From NCBI GenBank assembly GCA_963848635.1, contig CAWKEA010000005.1:352585-416584 (forward strand): DNA of 64,000 nucleotides, given 5' to 3'. Source of the stretch: an uncultured bacterium (GTDB lineage Bacteria; Patescibacteriota; Minisyncoccia; Phycocordibacterales; PALSA-1337). The position numbers and the translations under genes are program-made. Under the pieces are notes generated by a model. That model searched no databases, was not told the DNA's origin, and was given only the letters and a program-made list of their open reading frames with translations. Below, piece by piece: positions 58,619 through 64,000 of this stretch (position 1 is the stretch's first letter; the number at the start of each line of letters is the position of its first letter).

Positions 58619-61112
58619 GAACGTATTTTAACTCTTCCCCCAGTTCTTTCCAATGCTACAGCCGACGACGAGCGGCACGCCCTTTGTTTCATCGAGGGAG
58701 ACGACTGTCTCCATTATCTTCTGTATCTCCGGTACGACCTTGGTCAAGATGTCATCTCGTACTTCAAGCACAAGCTCGTCATGCACTTGGAGGAGCAAGT
58801 AAACCGAATTCTCAAACTTGTTCGTTCTTTATATATTCAAATATCTTGACCATGGCGAGCTTGACGATGTCGGCTTCGGTGCCTTGGATCGGCGCATTTA
58901 TTGCCATGCGCTCGGCGCTGGCACGGATAAATGGGATAGGTGAAGCGATGTCGCCAAAATAGCGCCGGCGGCCAAAGAGAGTCTCGGTGTATCCTTTCCT
59001 CTTTGCTTCTGCTTTGACCGAATCGAGGTAGCGCGCGAGGCCGCTGAATGCTTGAAAATAATGGTTGTAGAATTCTTGCGCTTCGGGACGCGTGCCGCCC
59101 AAATTCTGCGCGCAAAGCGTTCACCCCCATGCCGTACATGACGCCGAAATTGATGACTTTCGCCTTGCGGCGCATCTCGGGCGTGATCTGGTCAGCCGGC
59201 ACGCCGAAGACCTTTGCGGCAACCTCCCTATGCACATCGCGGCCGCCTTTAAAGATCTTCATGAATTCCTCGTCATTGGCCAAAAATGCTGCGATGCGCA
59301 ATTCGATCTGCGAATAGTCGAGCGATACGAGAGAGAAGCCTTTTTCTGCGATGAAAGCGTCGCGGATGCGGCGGCCCTCTTCTGTTTGGATCGGTATATT
59401 CTGCAGATTCGGATTATTGGATGACATGCGGCCGGTCACCGCGCCCGTCTGATCGAACGTCGCATGCAGACGATCGTTGTCATCGAGAAGCGGCGGGATC
59501 GCGTCGATATACGTGCCGACAAGCTTTGCCAACTGCCGATAGTCGAGGATCTTTTTTACGATAGCATGCTCGGACAGCTTTAAAAGCTCGGACTCTTTTG
59601 TCGATCGGGCGCCGCCTGCAGTCTTCTTCATCCTGGGCACGCTCAACTGCAGCTTGTCGAAGAGAATGTCGCCGAGCTGTTTCGGTGAATTGATGTTGAA
59701 TTCTTGGCCAGCGAGCTGATAAATACCTTTTTCAAGCTCGCGAATCTTGCCATTATATTCCTTTGACAATTTTTCCATATATGCGCGGTCGATCTTTATC
59801 CCGCGCTCTTTCATGGCGTCGAGGACAGGTATAAGAGGAAGCTCGACCTCGTCATAAACTCGCGACAAGTTGCGTTGCTTTATCCCTTCAAGCACTGCTT
59901 TTTTCGCATCATCCCAATCTTTTGCATTCGTTATCGCGAGGACGTCCTCGTAGGTTGGACCTGTGTAGTTCGAATCGAGAAGCCAAGCGCCGACAGCGAT
60001 CGGACGGAGCTCCTCAAGCGGCACTGGCGATTCGATGGCTTTCTTCTTCTCTTTTTTAGCTGGAAGATCCTCGTCATATTCGAGGGTTGCAGAATTTTCG
60101 GCTTTTCCTTTACTTTTATTTTTTATATTCCCTTCATCTTTGAGTTTTGAATTTTGAGTTTTGACATTCTCACCCCTTCCACCACCGCTTTCACCCTCGC
60201 TCCAAGCGTCCTGAACTCGAGCTCTTTGAACAAAGTTTCTATTTTGCCGAAGTCGAAATCCTCGCGCCATTTTTTCGCTGGCAATTGGAAATCGATCGGC
60301 GCATCGCGGCGTATCGTAGCAAGCATCTTTGAGAACATGGCCTCTTCCTTGCCATTCTTGAGAAGCTCGATGATGCGCGCCTTGATCCCGGCGTCCAGGA
60401 GTTTTTTGTCGCTGTTCTTATCTTTTTCCAAGACTTTGTAAATGTCTTCGACCGACCCAAAATTGGTCATGAGGTCTGTAGCCGTCTTTTCTCCGATGCC
60501 TGCGATGCCGATGATGTTGTCCGACGGATCGCCGCGGAGGCCCTTGTAGTCAGGAATGAGCTTTGGCCCAAAGCCGAATCGCGCCATGACCGCTTTTTCG
60601 TTGTAGATGATCGTGTCCTTGATGCCTTTTTTCAAGGTATACACGCGCACATGATCGTCATCGATGAGTTGCATCGTGTCCATGTCGCCGGATGCGATGA
60701 TGATGTCTGCTTTTATCTTTTTCACTTCGACTTGCTCGACGATCGTGCCGAGAATATCGTCTGCCTCGAAACCAGGCACCGAATATTCCGGAATATTAAA
60801 GGCAGAAATCAGATCGTGCGATCGTTTGATCTGCGCCACGAGTTCCGGCGCCGTCTTTGGTCTGCCGGCTTTGTATGCCTTGTAAGCCTCATGCCGATAT
60901 GTCGGTCCTGGCAAGTCATACGCCGCGACGATGTAATCGGGCTGAAGCTCGTTCGCAATGCCGATCAACATGAGGGCAAGCCCATACAATCCGCCCGTTG
61001 GCTCGCCTTTCGACGAAGCAAAGTCAGGTATTGCGTGATACGCGCGGTGCAATATCGCGTGTGTGTCGAGGAGGACGAGGGTCGGTGATTTGGCGGTTTC
61101 TTTCTTTTTCAT
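58615..61112 (-). CDS. polA: DNA polymerase I (indels near 60170, 59100 and 58810)
   Basis: 5'-3' exonuclease (LDTHAILHRAYHA, EADD, GDPSDNI); DYSQIELR, AKVINFG, AINAPIQGT, LLQVHDEL; ATGA overlap with holA. Confidence 0.93.
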
Positions 61113-61179
61113 ATCTCCATTGTACCCTAAATAAAGGGAAACCCGTCACAATGGATATTTCCTGTTGTGACGGGCTGTT

Positions 61180-61386
61180 TCAACCGACATAGAAACCATG
61201 GCCGTTTTCTTTTTCGGCTTTTTTGATAAAGGCTTGCCTTTCTCGTTCGGGGAGCCGTGCTAGCTCTTGATCAAAGTTCTGCTGCCGAACAATAGCGGCG
61301 AATTGCCCCCAGGCTACTCTTTCATTAGCTCTGCGCTCGTGCCATTCCATTTCAAGGTCGGACTGTCTCTTGCTTTTTCTTGGCAT
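61180..61386 (-). CDS. small hypothetical protein
   Basis: AAAGGA RBS, 68 aa, downstream hairpin. Confidence 0.45.
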   Translation of the reverse strand: MPRKSKRQSDLEMEWHERRANERVAWGQFAAIVRQQNFDQELARLPERERQAFIKKAEKENGHGFYVG

Positions 61387-61448
61387 ACAGAATCCTTTTG
61401 TTCGTTTTACGAAGATTACAACAAGTTCAGTAAACTAACAAGGAGGTT

Positions 61449-61886
61449 TTACTCAAACCCGTACTCCCTCTCCGTCTCGCTCACAAATTCGCATTTAATT
61501 GTATGTGCGCCTTCTGGCAAGATTTCTTTCACATTCTCCGGCCATTCGATCAATATCAAATTATTTGGATCTTCGACAAGCTCCTCGAAATTCAAAACTT
61601 CGAGCTCGCGCGCCGATTCGAGGCGATATGCGTCAATATGGACAAGCCGAGGAAAATCAGAGTTTTTGGTCTTATATATTTTTTCAATGACGAACGTCGG
61701 GCTTGTCACCATCTCGTCAACCCCGAGCGCCGCGGCGACAGCTTTCACGAAAGCCGTTTTGCCTGAGCCGAGATTGCCAGACAATCCGACGACGAGCGCT
61801 TCAGTTTCTTTCTTTTCAAGAGAGGCAAGCCAATCGTCTGCGACGCGCGCTGTAGCGTCAAGAGATTTAGACAAAATTTTCTTCAT
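61449..61886 (-). CDS. tsaE: tRNA threonylcarbamoyladenosine ATPase TsaE
   Basis: GNLGSGKT, VTSPTF, HIDAYRL, LIEW. Confidence 0.95.
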   Translation of the reverse strand: MKKILSKSLDATARVADDWLASLEKKETEALVVGLSGNLGSGKTAFVKAVAAALGVDEMVTSPTFVIEKIYKTKNSDFPRLVHIDAYRLESARELEVLNFEELVEDPNNLILIEWPENVKEILPEGAHTIKCEFVSETEREYGFE

Positions 61887-61898
61887 ACAAAGACTATA

Positions 61899-61933
61899 GT
61901 ACAAGGTCGGACCTTGTACAAGATGTCATCTTG
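61899..61933. repeat. two overlapping REP-like palindromes
   Basis: GTACAAGGTC-G-GACCTTGTAC and CAAGATG-T-CATCTTG; near copies of the latter at 49613-49627 and 58745-58759. Confidence 0.65.
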
Positions 61934-62017
61934 GCAAGATTCGGCTTGACGACGCCCCTCATAACAAAAAACCGGCCTCGCTCGAAAGCAAGACCGGATG
62001 GGAAGCAAGACTCCTGA

Positions 62018-62458
62018 TCAACGTCGCCGACCGCCGCTATAACTATAACGATAGTTCACAGCAGGACCGGAGACGACCACCCCTTGGGTATATCCGCCGC
62101 AACCGCCATAGCTGTAATCGACACCGCCACCACCGTAGCACTCGGTGCCCGGAACGACTACCTCGTTATCGACATGGCCACAGCCGCCGAGGAAACCCCG
62201 TAGGCCTGATCCAATCCATACGAACGGATTGATGTCGTAAGATGAATGGTGTTCGTAACTTTCGGATCCATTGACAACCGGTTGCGAAGGGCTGTTTGTG
62301 GCACAACCTGTTCCAACAGGACCGTTGCCAGGAGGCATGAAGGCTAAGGGGTTCGTATAATGTTTCTCATAACTGCCCCCGAACGAGATACATCCCGTGC
62401 CAATAACCGCAAGCACCGCAAGCAGACAAGCCATTAGACAGACTTTCAATATTTTCAT
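62018..62458 (-). CDS. Gly/Tyr/Cys-rich predicted lipoprotein
   Basis: Lipobox-like IGTGC after a hydrophobic signal; GAAAGGA RBS; own promoter and terminator. Confidence 0.65.
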   Translation of the reverse strand: MKILKVCLMACLLAVLAVIGTGCISFGGSYEKHYTNPLAFMPPGNGPVGTGCATNSPSQPVVNGSESYEHHSSYDINPFVWIGSGLRGFLGGCGHVDNEVVVPGTECYGGGGVDYSYGGCGGYTQGVVVSGPAVNYRYSYSGGRRR

Positions 62459-62646
62459 ATGTGTTTCCTTTCAATGTTCATGCCACTTATGCTCTATTGA
62501 GCGGGTTTAAAGGTGAAGTGACGCACCGTATATTCTCTGAGGGTATTATAGCACACCTGATTATATTGTCAAGCACTGCAAATTCGAGACCGGTCTGTGC
62601 AAAAAGGGCCGTTTTTGCACGCCAAAAGTGCGCTATACTCATAGCA

Positions 62647-64000
62647 ATGATCCAATTTGACGAGGAAAAGCAAAAACAGAAGATCAGCCTGCTTTTACAC
62701 AAAGAAGAAGAAGATCTCGTGCAAGTCTTGTCTGACAAATACAATCTTCCGTATGTTGACCTTTCTTCGATTGCTGTAAACACCGATGCATTGCGGTATA
62801 TAGAGGAGCACAGCGCTCGAGAGGCAAAGGCCGCGGCTTTCGCCATAGTCAACAAAAAATTGAGCATCGCCGTGCGCGATCCTTCCCTGCCAAAACTGGC
62901 AGAGGTTCTTGAGAATATAAAAGGCAAAGGCTATGAGCCGGAACTGTATCTCGCTTCCATGGCAAGCCTCGAAAAGGCATGGGATCTCTACAAGGAGCTG
63001 TCGTTCGCTTCCGAAACAAAATCAGGATCGCTCGAGATATCGAGCGATGAGATCGAAGCGATCGTAAAAGAGGCCAAGGACCTGGCTACAGTCATCTCGA
63101 TCCTGACTAATACTGTTTCCTTGAAAAAAAGCTACCGGGTCTCCCGGATACTGGAGACTTCTATCGCCGGTGCACTGTCAACCGGAGCATCGGATATCCA
63201 TATCGAACCCGAAGAAACCTATGTGCGACTTCGTTACCGATTGGATGGCGTTCTCGTCGAAATCATAAGATTCGATACTGAGACATACGACTTGCTCTTG
63301 TCCCGCATCAAGCTTCTTTCCGGCATGAAGCTCAATCTCAAAAAACAGTCACAGGATGGCCGATTCAGCATCCATGTGAATAATTCTGACATCGAGATGC
63401 GCGTATCAGTCCTGCCGGGAGCATACAATGAATCTATCGTCATGCGCATCCTCAATCCGAAAAGCATTTCCGTGCCGCTCGAAGAGCTCGGCATACCTCC
63501 AAAGCTTCTCGCGATACTCTTGAAAGAGCTGGACAAGCCGAACGGCATGATACTGACGACAGGGCCGACAGGCTCCGGCAAGACGACGACGCTGTACGCA
63601 TTTTTGAAGAAAGCATACAATCCGGGAGTCAAGATAATCACGATCGAAGATCCTGTGGAATATCACTTGCCCGGCATCACCCAGACTCAAGTCAACGATA
63701 AAGGCTACAACTTCCTCGAGGGACTGCGCGCGGCGGTCCGACAGGATCCGGATATCATCATGGTCGGCGAGATCCGCGACGACGAGACAGCTGACATCGC
63801 CATAAACTCTGCCTTGACCGGCCACCTGGTGTTCTCCACACTGCATACCAATTCCGCCGCCGGGGCATTCCCTCGCCTCATCGACCTGCATGTCAATCCA
63901 AAAGTCATCACCTCGGCCTTGACCATCAGCATGGCTCAACGCCTCCTGCGCCGCCTCTGCCCTTTTTGCAAGAAAGAAACAGTGATCGACGGCGAAGTAA
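62647..64000 (+). CDS. type IV pilus / GspE family assembly ATPase, 3' truncated by window edge
   Basis: ASDIHIEP, QDGRF, GPTGSGKTTTLY, TIEDPVEY, RQDPDIIMVGEIRD, TGHLVFSTLHTN, QRL.RRLC; absent from the ORF track because no stop falls in the window. Confidence 0.95.
   Translation, partial: MIQFDEEKQKQKISLLLHKEEEDLVQVLSDKYNLPYVDLSSIAVNTDALRYIEEHSAREAKAAAFAIVNKKLSIAVRDPSLPKLAEVLENIKGKGYEPELYLASMASLEKAWDLYKELSFASETKSGSLEISSDEIEAIVKEAKDLATVISILTNTVSLKKSYRVSRILETSIAGALSTGASDIHIEPEETYVRLRYRLDGVLVEIIRFDTETYDLLLSRIKLLSGMKLNLKKQSQDGRFSIHVNNSDIEMRVSVLPGAYNESIVMRILNPKSISVPLEELGIPPKLLAILLKELDKPNGMILTTGPTGSGKTTTLYAFLKKAYNPGVKIITIEDPVEYHLPGITQTQVNDKGYNFLEGLRAAVRQDPDIIMVGEIRDDETADIAINSALTGHLVFSTLHTNSAAGAFPRLIDLHVNPKVITSALTISMAQRLLRRLCPFCKKETVIDGEV

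Noticed and set aside
60123-60270. polA as a genuinely split exonuclease plus polymerase pair
   Set aside because: The break falls at a GGGG run and polA has two more indels downstream; it cannot be told from error without reads, although a heptamer arm sits at this spot
1-64000. Alternative genetic code (UGA=Gly) as in Gracilibacteria/Absconditabacteria
   Set aside because: Conserved genes are full length under code 11, and TGA ends genes at expected positions, including ATGA overlaps

Overview
Chromosomal segment of a small-genome bacterium, most likely Patescibacteria/CPR of Parcubacteria type. This is inferred from a DUF5652 protein, a short AspRS without the GAD insertion, Lys/Ala-tailed ribosomal proteins, tRNA-Arg(GCG), a PilB/GspE ATPase and near-absent Shine-Dalgarno sites; the genetic code is standard 11. 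The core is the str/S10/partial spc ribosomal cluster on the minus strand (rpsL to rplE), broken at three points by accessory genes. Housekeeping genes include aspS, rpmB, sod, rnhA, rpsT, ruvA, murE, mutM, holA, polA, tsaE, pilB and two tRNAs. Many genes, including essential rplB and polA, carry single-base indels, so most frameshifts look like sequencing errors. Main candidates for new biology: (1) two divergent 7TM histidine kinases whose GC-rich kinase cores bracket an AT-rich block holding both sensor domains plus enzyme genes, followed by a second enzyme island (nucleotidyltransferase, degenerate class I aaRS paralog, hydrolase) flanked by a duplicated kinase 3' end, suggesting exchangeable signal-synthase/sensor cassettes; (2) an EF-Tu with a Verrucomicrobia/Planctomycetes-type switch I next to a Fic gene, alongside other PVC-like genes; (3) palindromic short-tandem-repeat elements at seven ribosomal gene junctions; (4) 25-bp palindromes upstream of and inside an ORF6N gene; (5) a structured RNA candidate at the 3' end of a DUF3800 gene. 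No CRISPR array or rRNA was seen.
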